The notes below the pieces were generated by a model. It searched no databases, was not told the DNA's origin, and saw nothing but the letters and a program-made list of their open reading frames with translations. A stretch of 64,000 nt of DNA, from the IMG/VR virus record IMGVR_UViG_3300041411_000074, positions 1-64,000 of that record, one strand, 5' to 3'. Both the position numbers and the translations under genes were made by a program. Source of the DNA: a virus. Numbering within the stretch: the first letter of the stretch is position 1; every line of letters starts with the position of its first letter. Positions 38,607 to 48,890 of this stretch are shown here, piece after piece.

Positions 38607-39014
38607 TTACTCACTAGGCTTAAGAATCTCTTTGCAACTCTTAGAGATTACCAAAAGTTTAGATCTATTCTCAATGTTGTCTTGGCTCACCACTTCCGTT
38701 AGCTCTACGATACCTTCAACCACTTCAACAAACTTTTCAAGTTGACCTTTCAATTGTGAGATTTCAAGATCCTGCAACGAAAACAGCTCGTTCATTAGCT
38801 CAATACGTTCCGCTGTATCATCTGTACTTGGAAGACTGAGGGCTTCTTCCTTCGGAACTTCTCCCAAAGGTTCCTCCCTATCTTCTATCAAACCAGACAC
38901 TAGTGGCGTCACTTTATAGTTAACATCTTCAATTGCCCAAGCCTCAACCTCTTTCATAAACAAGCTACGGCCATCTCTCTCAATCAAAAACCCTTTAACT
39001 TTGGAGTTAGTCAT
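38607..39014 (-). CDS. Hypothetical protein with coiled coil
   Basis: Start MTNSKV behind SD GAGGT. Confidence 0.55.
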   Translation of the reverse strand: MTNSKVKGFLIERDGRSLFMKEVEAWAIEDVNYKVTPLVSGLIEDREEPLGEVPKEEALSLPSTDDTAERIELMNELFSLQDLEISQLKGQLEKFVEVVEGIVELTEVVSQDNIENRSKLLVISKSCKEILKPSE

Positions 39015-39350
39015 GGTCAGCACCTCAATTTGATCTAGCAATTGAGGCAAAAGCTTGTGCCAATGTCTTCTTGACGCGAGATTTACCGTCGATCCTCTGC
39101 ACACGATAGCCCTCGGAACACTTGATTATTAAACCGAGAAAATTACCCCGATCATCAAACATGCGTCGAGTGTTGTTGCCCGATACAGGACTGAAAGAAC
39201 CTTTGATGCTGTCTGTTTGTGCCATGATAATCACCTTAAAGATTTTTAGATACTTAACCCAAAGAACCATTTCCTTGGATTTTGTCTCCTTGGTCTGTCA
39301 GATGGCCTACTACTTAATCGCCGTCTCTACATCTCCCTTCGGTATGAAGA

Positions 39351-39379
39351 ACTATAGCGAAAGGCTTACACAGCGTCAA
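39351..39379 (-). promoter_or_regulatory. Sigma70-like early promoter
   Basis: TTGACG-17-TATAGT. Confidence 0.65.
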
Positions 39380-39397
39380 GCAATTTCTGAAAAGATT

Positions 39398-39655
39398 TTA
39401 CGAATTGTAAATTAACCCTTTAGAAACAAGCACTTGCTCAATACTTCCAAGGTTGATAGCGTAAGCTTTAGCCTCAGCTGTAGGATACGCAACATCAAAA
39501 TCAATATCCTCAGCAAACCACAGGTGGCTATCTAGAAACCCTTCCAGTGTGCTGACAGGAAGGTTTGAGTAAGCTAGACAGTCCAACAAGGCTTCGTTGT
39601 GAACACCTTCCACTTTCAGAGATTCCAAAGCTTGCTTGATTTCTTTAACGATCAT
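39398..39655 (-). CDS. Hypothetical protein
   Basis: SD AGGAG. Confidence 0.6.
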   Translation of the reverse strand: MIVKEIKQALESLKVEGVHNEALLDCLAYSNLPVSTLEGFLDSHLWFAEDIDFDVAYPTAEAKAYAINLGSIEQVLVSKGLIYNS

Positions 39656-40265
39656 TTTATGAAGCTCCTACGTTGTGTGTGTTGACTCGTTTGTGTTACA
39701 GATTCAGAGCCTGTGTAAAGTTGGTGAGAGGCTCTGTTAAGGTGATGATACGCTTGTCGGATCCCATAGCAAGGGGTGTTTCACGAAATTATCACATTTA
39801 TTTTCGAGCCCGTTTCCATGCAGCATTAAGAATTTGTAGCGTCTCATCTTCCTCTTTTGTACGGTGTGCAGGCTCAGAGGATGCTTCCAATTGATTGAGG
39901 ATCAACCAAAGCTGTTTTTCTGTAAGTCTCACGAGTACAGCTTTGTCTCCAATCATCTTTCTCTCCTAAAACATTAATTTAAATTATCAAAACACCATCT
40001 CTTTAAAACATCCCAGTTATTTTATGCCATTGTTCTTCTACAAACTTGACACCTTCTAAATAATCGTGATCATCATTTCGATTAACCACATCCTCAGATT
40101 TCCACTCAATCCAATGTGCAATCCACTGTTCCAATCCAATGACACTCAAATCACATGCATACAGACCTTCGCTGATTGCATCTTTAAAGCTTTCTGATTC
40201 TGTCGATTCATTTAAGACAGTTTGCAAGCGTTCTTTTAGTTGCTGAAGAGGATTAATTCTGTTAT

Positions 40266-40493
40266 TCACTGGTTCAGCTCCTGCCTCTCGACGATAGGCT
40301 CGATCTTCCCAAGACAATCACGCTTCGATTCGGGCCATGTTCTGACGACCTCGGCGCATTGCTTGCAGTGTTCGGCAAGCGTTGGCTCGGCGGCAGGGGC
40401 AGCGAGGAGGAGTCGAAGTTCTTGGAATGCTGACATATCAGCCGCTGCCAGCCTCTCCGCAAGCTCTTGCGTGATTTCAAATTTACTGCTCAT
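40266..40493 (-). CDS. GC-rich prophage-type hypothetical protein
   Basis: ELRLLLAAP...VERQE pattern and GC-rich codons. Confidence 0.6.
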   Translation of the reverse strand: MSSKFEITQELAERLAAADMSAFQELRLLLAAPAAEPTLAEHCKQCAEVVRTWPESKRDCLGKIEPIVERQELNQ

Positions 40494-40768
40494 TCGCTTG
40501 CTCCCGATTCGGTGGGCTTGAGGGCTGCGTCGATCAATTCACCCAAATAATCGTTCGGTCTATCGCAGCGATTGCGAGCCCGCCCAAGCAGGTTTTCCAA
40601 TTTCTTATTCCGCTGCTCAGCGGCTGTAAGGCGCTGAATCAGATCAAGTCTTTCGTTCAGACCATCCATGTAAATTTCATTGATACCGTCCAGCTCTTCC
40701 CGCAGCCCAGACAGTTGATCTTTCAATAATTTATTTTCAATTTCCACAATATTTCTCCTTTTACTCAT
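40490..40768 (-). CDS. Coiled-coil hypothetical protein with GC-rich prophage-type C-terminus
   Basis: RLTAAEQRN...IDAALKPTESGASE ending with ATGA coupling. Confidence 0.6.
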   Translation of the reverse strand: MSKRRNIVEIENKLLKDQLSGLREELDGINEIYMDGLNERLDLIQRLTAAEQRNKKLENLLGRARNRCDRPNDYLGELIDAALKPTESGASE

Positions 40769-40899
40769 TTGATTAACAACCTATCCAAACAATACCCCAA
40801 TTTCCCCAACAAAACAACCTTTTCATGCAGCTTTTTCGTATGTTTAAGCCACGTTAGGGCTTAATTGATACAAGGGCAAGCCTTGACAATAACCTCTGT

Positions 40900-41214
40900 T
40901 TAATTCCACTCCAAAACACTATTCTTCAATGTCTGCATTAATTCTTTATAATCCATCTCACCGGGCTCGTGATATTTCTTCAAAGATTCTTCCAACCACA
41001 AAGCTTCCACACCATCACATTCTATGAAATCCACAAGAGGAGTGCCTAGAATGTAGGCGTGTCCTTCATTTGTGTAGATCGTTTGTCCTGTAAGTCTGCA
41101 CACAAAATCTTCATTAGCTTCAATGATGGCTTCGATAATATAGAATCCATTATGTTCCGATAAGAGTTTACTTTGTAGGATTACCCTCTCTCCGATGCTA
41201 AAGAGGTGATTCAT
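40900..41214 (-). CDS. Hypothetical protein (SH3/KOW-like start)
   Basis: FSIGERVILQS. Confidence 0.6.
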   Translation of the reverse strand: MNHLFSIGERVILQSKLLSEHNGFYIIEAIIEANEDFVCRLTGQTIYTNEGHAYILGTPLVDFIECDGVEALWLEESLKKYHEPGEMDYKELMQTLKNSVLEWN

Positions 41215-41411
41215 ACCCTTTCCTCTTTAGTCAATACACGCTGGCTGACATTGCCCACAACATACGCACTAATGATAACCATTGTCAATGACTGGAACAC
41301 ATCTGGTGGGAGCGTACCATTCCATAAACACACGAAGAATAGAAGTTGTGTAGTGGAGATTAGAATAAACTTACGAGATAGGAATTTATCAATCATTTTG
41401 TTCATCCTCAT
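41211..41411 (-). CDS. Small two-TM holin-like membrane protein
   Basis: LSRKF...TM...AYVVGNV. Confidence 0.55.
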   Translation of the reverse strand: MRMNKMIDKFLSRKFILISTTQLLFFVCLWNGTLPPDVFQSLTMVIISAYVVGNVSQRVLTKEERV

Positions 41412-44166
41412 AATAAAATTTCACTTTAAGCTTTTTATCCAAGTCGTGAAACTCTTCCCAACCTGAGTCTTTATATTTCTCATACCAGAAATTAGAAACA
41501 TACTCTTGAAGGGCTTCACCGTATTCATCAAAAGCTTCTTCATACCAGTCAACCAACAGTTCGCGATTGCTCACGCTTCAACCTCCTCTTCAATAACTTG
41601 CCCAAACACATTAGCCAAAACATATTCCCTACATGCCTTGTCAAACCTGAAACGACACTGTTTAAGCTCTTCGCGGCAAAGTATGTACTCAAGGCTATTA
41701 TCTAGCGAACTTTTCGACTTTGCATAGGCACTTTCTGCCTGCTGGAGACGTTCTAGTAGTTCGGTAAGGTGGTTCATAGGGTTTGTCATTCTGGCGCCCC
41801 TTTCTGCTCTTTATACACCAGATATTTAAGGTATTGAGCAACATCAAATAGCTGCTCATCGTCCTCTAAATCCATATCAGGGATACAGATGTTTGCTGTT
41901 CCAACAGAAGCTGTCATCTCAAAGGCAAGCTTGAGAATGGCTACTTGCATCTCTTGTTCATTCATTTGTGAACTCCAATAATTCGTGTTGTACGAGCCAC
42001 ACATTCCCACTCATCGAAATCTAGGAAATGATACCCTGAAACTTTACTCCACACAAGCAGAGTTTTATCTTTGATAGGCTGATTTGTGTATTCTTCAAAG
42101 TCTTTGATGTTCATTTCACCAATCCTTTTGCAAAGTCCATTGCATCAGAAATGTTAGAGAATGTTTTAGAAACGTCTTTAGAACGTACAGTCCAGACATT
42201 CTCTTTATTCTTGAATGGGAGAATTCCCAAACCGTTCATGGTCATTAGTTGGGTTGAGGCGTTCATTTGGTTTCATCCTTTAAGATTGCAATATCAATTA
42301 GACGAACAAGTTCTGTGCTAGCTGTTTCAATATTACTCTGCTCGTCAAAGAATGTCAGCCACTCATTCGAGAGACTAATAAAAGGTGTGCCGGATGCGAT
42401 TAGGAAAGCTTCCCAACGAATAGAGTTTTGAATCTGTTCAGCAGATGGACGCTTTGCTACTGATACTCGCTTAGTTTTTACTGACATAACATTCTCCCCT
42501 TAGTACTTATGAATCGTTATGGAATTATCTACGGATTTATTTGAATTTAAATTTCTTATAAAACCTGTTGCTTCTTCTAGACTCCAAAATACTGTATTGT
42601 AGTAACCAATTCCATGCATCCCACTCTTAAAATTAAGCCAAAACAACCACAAAAACTTATACTGAGGATAATACTTATTTCCTACTTGTTTTATACGATA
42701 ATTCATAACATTCCCTCTTAAATTCCTGTGATGTATTGCTATCTTTAGATAAATATCTTTGATAGCCGTATTGTCTCTGTTTTGGTACAGGCTGTCAACA
42801 ATTATTTGAAAGCTCTTCCAAAACAAATTCCCAACCATTTCGACGTTGTAGATCAAACTTAACCAATTCGTACATTCGGCAAAGGGTTGTTGTCTTAATC
42901 CTAATCGTTGCACCTTCGCTATCTGTAAAGGTGCTGTAATACTGATTAGGATTTGCCGATACATAGTCCTCAACTGTCAAACCATTACCTGTGAGCTTCA
43001 TGCTGCTTTCTCCTCGTTGTTGACAAACCACTTACACCCATCATTAGGATTCTTGCAAGCTACAGGCATACAAAGATAAGCCTGATAACGAGGCAAAGGA
43101 ATCTGCGTGAAACGTTTACAAGCGGTCTTGCGGACACAATCTGTACCCTCGCACATAACGAGATTTGTCATTGTTCATCCTCATAAGTAACTTCAAACCA
43201 ATATTCATGATTAGGAAACTCAACACCTAGTTTCCTAACCTCTTCCCGTGCTTCCGTTTCATCTGTAATGTGATCACTACAGAATACCACATCCATATTC
43301 TTATCTTCGTAATAGATTTCGTAGATGTTACTCATCCCTCTTCTCCCAAATCAAATTCAAGCGCTTCAATAATCTTCTCAATATCGTCTGTCACAGAATA
43401 ATCGTAGTGCAATTCTTTCTCCAACAAATGTTTAGCATTTTGGAGGAGAGTGATAGTGTCGAGTATTGTTTGTTTACGTTGGGTCATTTTTCAGCCTCCA
43501 TATTAGGACGTGCTGTCCACTGCCACTCCTTACAGTTTTCTTGCCAAGCTTCTTGAAACCAATCGTCTGTATTTTCAAGACATGCATAATACTTCCCATC
43601 ACCTTCATCTTTGTAGAACCATGCTGCACAGACAAGTCCTGTAGACGGTTGATACCATTGTGCTTCTTTTGGGGCTTTGTTCCAATTGATATTCATTTCG
43701 TCTCCTCTTTCAATACAAATTTAGCACTATTATTACACAGAACATGGTTCGGATCAAGAGTTCGTGCAACAAACCTGTCTACACCATCATTCTTTGAACA
43801 AAACTCTTCAGCCTTTGACCACTCTTCAGGGGTGATGCGAATACTAGATGAGTTAACACCTAGAAAGATACCAGACAGAAATACACAGAACCAACCAAAT
43901 AATTCGCCCATTTTAATTGTCCTTTGTACCAAGTTGAAGGAATCTTTTATTGTAGCAAGGGTGCTGCTCTTTTACAAACTGATTGGTAGTGAAGTCTGTG
44001 TATTCAAAATGCCGACCACAACCATAAGATTCATCACTAGGATCAAACTCTTCAGTTGTAACATTGCCACCTTGATCATAATAACTTGTACCAGATGAGT
44101 GGTGCAATACTTCTACGATTGCTTCTTGGTCCTGTGTCTCAAGCCATTTGATAAAGTCTTTAACAT

Positions 44167-44667
44167 TCATTTCTCGTTCTCCAATTCATCAATCTTATCA
44201 CTCAACGAGAGCAACCGACTTTCAATGTACTCTTTCTGAGACAACAAGTCGTTATATTCTTTCACATACTTCTTCAGCACTGCTGCATTACTAACCTCAT
44301 TCCCTTTAGGTTTAGCCCACTTCTTCGTACACTGATACCCTACAAACACAATGCCTTCGTAATCATCTTTAGCATATTCATGCACAAATTCATAGTCATT
44401 CAGGTTGCAGATGAATTCTAAATCAAATCTTCCAACATCAATGTATTTAGAATATTCACGAGCCAACCCTTCGTGTGTGAAAATGTTTGTGTCTTCTTTG
44501 CCATCTTTGAAAGGCCAGTAGTTGTACGTGTCGATTAGGACAATATCACCGTGATCGTCTGTGCGAGCTACGCAGCGACGATCACGACACCAATAAGGGT
44601 CTGATGAAGGGCCGAGGTTAGGTTTCCAACTGTATGAAAAGTAATCACCATCTTTAATTTCTTTCAT
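44167..44667 (-). CDS. Hypothetical protein
   Basis: 166 aa, coupled to denV. Confidence 0.65.
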   Translation of the reverse strand: MKEIKDGDYFSYSWKPNLGPSSDPYWCRDRRCVARTDDHGDIVLIDTYNYWPFKDGKEDTNIFTHEGLAREYSKYIDVGRFDLEFICNLNDYEFVHEYAKDDYEGIVFVGYQCTKKWAKPKGNEVSNAAVLKKYVKEYNDLLSQKEYIESRLLSLSDKIDELENEK

Positions 44668-45059
44668 TTCATCTCTCCCAAACGTTCATTGATACGTTGA
44701 CGACTAATTTCAATAGCTTCTTGTGTAGGAACATAATCTCCAAACCACCAGTTATTGATTCCTTCAATCAAACTGTCTTTTTCAATAGGATTTACTTTAT
44801 ATCCACGACTGACAGCTTCATTGCACAGAGAGTAATACCTCTTGGTGATGAAGTCAAGCTTATCATACAGAAACAAAACATGACCTGTACCCATTGTGTA
44901 AGCTGATGGCTGCTTGATCTTATCTTTGAAATTGTACTTGTTAATCTTACGAGCTTGTGCTTTGCGGACTAGACCAAAGACACGAGTGATCTCATGCAAT
45001 TCTCCGAGCAAGTGCTTATTGTGCAATTCAGATGGTGCGATAACATTGATTCTTGTCAT
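44664..45059 (-). CDS. denV: Pyrimidine-dimer DNA glycosylase / endonuclease V
   Basis: True start MTRINV keeps Thr2, Glu23 and Arg26 at T4 DenV spacing; YTMGTGHVLFLYDKL...RY. Confidence 0.9.
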   Translation of the reverse strand: MTRINVIAPSELHNKHLLGELHEITRVFGLVRKAQARKINKYNFKDKIKQPSAYTMGTGHVLFLYDKLDFITKRYYSLCNEAVSRGYKVNPIEKDSLIEGINNWWFGDYVPTQEAIEISRQRINERLGEMK

Positions 45060-45092
45060 GACAAAGCTTCTGTGTGAGTAGCTGATGTGAGA

Positions 45093-45128
45093 ATCATACA
45101 GACAAAAGAAAAGGCCGTCAAGCGGCCT
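45093..45128 (-). promoter_or_regulatory. Composite terminator hairpin and sigma70 promoter for denV
   Basis: Same 17-bp AGGCCGCTTGACGGCCT plus TTTTCTTTT; TTGACG-17-TATGAT. Confidence 0.7.
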
Positions 45129-45605
45129 GTGGGGTTGGGGTAGCATATAAAATAAATTTATTTTAATGTGCATATCTCTTCGTTCAAGTGTAGGACTGTG
45201 ATACTCCCTCTAAAAAGCTTTACTTCAAACTCTCCGTTGTGACTATTTCTGCTTTCTATTCGTGAACGTAACAATGCCACCAAACGGTCATCGATTGCTT
45301 CTCCAAAGTGCTCTTCTAAGAACTTAGAGATGACCGTTTTTAAATAGAACCTTCTTTTCATCTCCACTTTGTTCATTTAAAATCTTCCTCTGTAATTTTA
45401 GGATATTCCACTTCCATAACACGAGCCTGAATGTCATCACGAAACCTAAACCACTCTTGTTCTGTGCTTGAGTACCAGAAGGAAACGTTGTTAACTCTCT
45501 TTACGTAGTTTAGTTCTGTGAATATACCAAGCTCATCATAAACAGAGACGAAGCATTCAGACCAGAAATCGTTTGGTAGATCTGTTGGTTTTATCCAATT
45601 GTTCA

Positions 45606-46961
45606 TTATTTCTTACTCACAAAGCAAAATTGATTATCACCCACTTCCTCTTTCCATGCATTCAGCATAATAGAGTGGAGTTTGTCTTCAGCACTTGCAC
45701 GACAGATGAAACTGTCATGATAAATCAAAAGGTTTTCTCCTTCTTGAATCATGTCTGATACTACACGGGCTGCAATATTGCTGTCAATATTCATCAGTCG
45801 CATACCGGCATCAGTATAGAAATAATCTTCAATCAAATAATTATGTTTACGAATAGCCTCACAAACGTCTAGCACTTTGGTAGGTTTGATAATCCCAACA
45901 AACTTCTTATCTTGATCTTTCTTTTTAGTGTCTTGGAACAGCTTATTACTTACTGCGCTAACTGCTCCTGTACGATCAATTGCGTTAATAGAGATGAGCA
46001 AAGCTACTTTAGCCAGATTGCGCACAGGATCATATGTAGTCAAGCCATACTTTTCTTTGTGGTCATCAATCATTTCCTGATCAATCTTTACAATCTCTGA
46101 AAGATCAGCACCATATGGCTTGAAGTCTCGACCAATAATATCCCAAACATTGCAGTCATACCCTCCACTTAGATTCAGCCGTTCTAAACAGAGCATCGGG
46201 TGGATTGATGAGTAGTCGAGTTCACAAACAGATTCCCCACCAAATGTCAGATACTTAGAACGATATTTCTCAGGAAGAAGCTGCACGCCGCCACCTGATA
46301 CAAAGAAGCGTCCAGACTCTTGCAGACTATTGCTGTATACACGTTTGTACTCAACTGTTGCAACACGTTTGCCTTTGAATTCAATACTAGCGTCTTTCAA
46401 GCTGTCGTTTAACACTTTAACACCCTCTCTCAGTGTGGTGATACCATTACGTCCACGAAGGGACTTGTTTTCACCTGTCTTTCTGTTACGAATTTCAATC
46501 ATTTCATCAGCCTCAGTGTTAGGCATCAATACTAAATCAATTGTATCCCACAAAGCAAGGTATTTTTCTTTAAATTGTACAAAAGATTTAACTGTTTTGG
46601 TTGGATTACCTTTGGTATCTGTTTCTTTTACAAATCCTTTATAAATGTCAATAAACTGACACTCCTCTAGATGGTAGAGAAGGGCAGTCACAACACGATA
46701 ACCAATGTTTTGATCATTAGAGCTATAGTAATTAGAAGATAATGAGATATAGAAGCCTCCAGCTTTGTTCCTAACTGCCTTAGCACTATTAGTTACAAAC
46801 CAACGGATAGCTTTCTCCCACCTACCATCTGTAACAGTAAGGAGATACTTCACTACACCCTCATACCATACACTTCTGTGATAATACAAGCTACTATCTG
46901 TATTAGTAATCATAGCTTCATACATCTGAAGATCATTCATCTCTCTTAAATCATAAATCAT
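45606..46961 (-). CDS. Divergent family-A / T7-RNAP-like polymerase, no exonuclease domain
   Basis: SGRFF...Q.LP...R, motif A ELDYSSIHP, motif B RNLAKVALL, motif C IYHDSF. Confidence 0.65.
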   Translation of the reverse strand: MIYDLREMNDLQMYEAMITNTDSSLYYHRSVWYEGVVKYLLTVTDGRWEKAIRWFVTNSAKAVRNKAGGFYISLSSNYYSSNDQNIGYRVVTALLYHLEECQFIDIYKGFVKETDTKGNPTKTVKSFVQFKEKYLALWDTIDLVLMPNTEADEMIEIRNRKTGENKSLRGRNGITTLREGVKVLNDSLKDASIEFKGKRVATVEYKRVYSNSLQESGRFFVSGGGVQLLPEKYRSKYLTFGGESVCELDYSSIHPMLCLERLNLSGGYDCNVWDIIGRDFKPYGADLSEIVKIDQEMIDDHKEKYGLTTYDPVRNLAKVALLISINAIDRTGAVSAVSNKLFQDTKKKDQDKKFVGIIKPTKVLDVCEAIRKHNYLIEDYFYTDAGMRLMNIDSNIAARVVSDMIQEGENLLIYHDSFICRASAEDKLHSIMLNAWKEEVGDNQFCFVSKK

Positions 46962-48648
46962 AGACTCGATATCCGGTAATGGTCTTATATAACATTTACA
47001 CCTCTAGGCCACGTAATACAAGGCTCTCAGGAAAAGAAATCATTTATTCGCTCCACTGAATCACAATCTCATCAGTCTTGTAGTCATGAAACTCAAAGTA
47101 TGTCAACCCATCTTTAGGCTTAGGGTCTAACACACTGCCGTTACAAGGAAATCCTTTCTCTTTCAGGAGATGCATGATTGAATAGTTAGGTGGCTGGTTT
47201 AGGATATCATTCATTCCTATACGGATTTCTTTAATCATCGTTTCATACTCTCTTTTGTAGGAAACTCCCAACCATTATCTTCACAAGTCTTCTTCCAAGC
47301 CTTGTCTTTGAAGCTCTCATCTTGCAGACGTTCATAAATGTATAGTGGTAGGTGAATCCAACCATCGTAGGACATGGATTCAAAAAGATCCTTCAAATCA
47401 CCCTTGTTGAAAGCGTATACTGTGTTCTTGTCTTCCATATCAATCTCCTCAATTTGTACAGCCATAATCTCACATTTACCCCTCAAATAGCAAGGAAAAG
47501 AACATGGTATTATTTCAAGTGGTTAGTGGTTAAGTTGAAGGATATTCATGTTGTTTAATCCTCAATCCCATCATCAAAATGTCTACGAATCAAATACTGT
47601 CTCCACTCTTCACTCACTTCATAATCTTTCTTTGTGTGGTTGTCAAAGAATCCAATAGCCCAACCACTGCTACTGATGATACCACCTTCTCGGATAGGCT
47701 TCCCCCAAGATTCCTCAACATTCAATACTTCACCTTGAACATATGTGGATGCAAGATAGCGTGATTTACTGAGGACAACTGAAGAGTATTTCTTTCCTGA
47801 ATGTAAGTGTGTGACGTACCAAGCTTTAAGATTGTTCATTGCAAAACTCCGCTAATCACATCTTCATACTGCTGAATATAATCCCTCATACCCCTTTCAA
47901 ACTGATACGAGGGTTCCAGATTACCACAGTATTCAATAGAACCACCTTCAGGATAGATGAACTTAAGCCGTCCAGCATAACTGTTCTCTACAAAAGCTTT
48001 CTCTTTGTAATGTTCCTCAGCTTGCAAGAAACCCTTCCACCACATTGATTTCTGCATCACTCTTCTCCCTTCCAAACCACTTCATAAACAGGACACACAT
48101 CAGACAGCTTCCTGACATACGTATCATAATCCATAAAATTCCCTACAAGGAAGAACACCCCCTGACTATTCATGACAAGCATCTCCTTCTCTTTGAGCTT
48201 AAGCTTCTGTCCCGTGGATGTGTCGATTATTTTGAATTTCTTTTTCATTTGTTATTCTCCTAGCACTTTCGTGGTATAATTAATAAACTCATCTGACTCA
48301 GCAAGCTTTTTCTCATACAGCTCTGCATACTCTTCTGGAAACATCCAGTCAACCAAATTTTCTGCTGTACTCCTAGACATTTTCCAGCAGAGAAGGCTTA
48401 TACAATACCCTCTAAACTCTTCATAATTCATTTGGCATCAGCCTCGTAAGCATCATAGACGTGTACAAGCATACCGTTCTCAACAAGTTTATAGAAATTC
48501 ATGTTATGCTGAGTGGCTTCGTGTACAGAACCTTTGTTGGTTTCCATAAAGGAACGAGCATCAGAGTCAGTCCAGTGTTTGCCATGCAGTTGAAAGTGGT
48601 TACTTCTGAATTTAATGTTCATGGTGTGTCTCCTTGATTGATGTGCCT

Positions 48649-48677
48649 AGGATAACCTCATCACCAACCCCTGTCAA
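48649..48677 (-). promoter_or_regulatory. Sigma70-like promoter starting the minus-strand block
   Basis: TTGACA-17-TATCCT. Confidence 0.6.
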
Positions 48678-48711
48678 CCCCATTTCGAAAAATCTTCTGA
48701 CAGAGTGTAGA

Positions 48712-48776
48712 TAAATCTACCAAACAAATTTGCTAGACAAATCTACTGAATGAATTTACCAAATGAATTTGCCCAA
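48712..48776. repeat. Five tandem imperfect 13-bp repeats (iteron-like)
   Basis: TAAATCTACCAAA, CAAATTTGCTAGA, CAAATCTACTGAA, TGAATTTACCAAA, TGAATTTGCCCAA. Confidence 0.75.
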
Positions 48777-48824
48777 GGGGTTTCCCTAAATAGATCGCCT
48801 AGAATAATATTTTTAAATCATTTC

Positions 48825-48853
48825 TTGACAGGTGGAGGGATGTGGTGGAGAAT
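48825..48853 (+). promoter_or_regulatory. Sigma70-like promoter starting the replication block
   Basis: TTGACA-17-GAGAAT. Confidence 0.55.
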
Positions 48854-48890
48854 TGGTGTATCTGAAAAGCAACGTAGAGAGGAAAATATA

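Noticed and set aside
43466-44098. 210-aa plus-strand ORF
   Set aside because: Lies opposite three coupled minus-strand genes with good SDs; shadow ORF.
44664-45173. ORF-track N-terminal extensions of denV and of 48750, 50852, 58427 and 63173
   Set aside because: Extensions run through promoters, terminators or upstream genes; downstream starts fit SDs or family N-termini better.
48712-48802. CRISPR or other guide array
   Set aside because: Units are 13-bp head-to-tail degenerate repeats with no spacers; no cas-like gene in the window.
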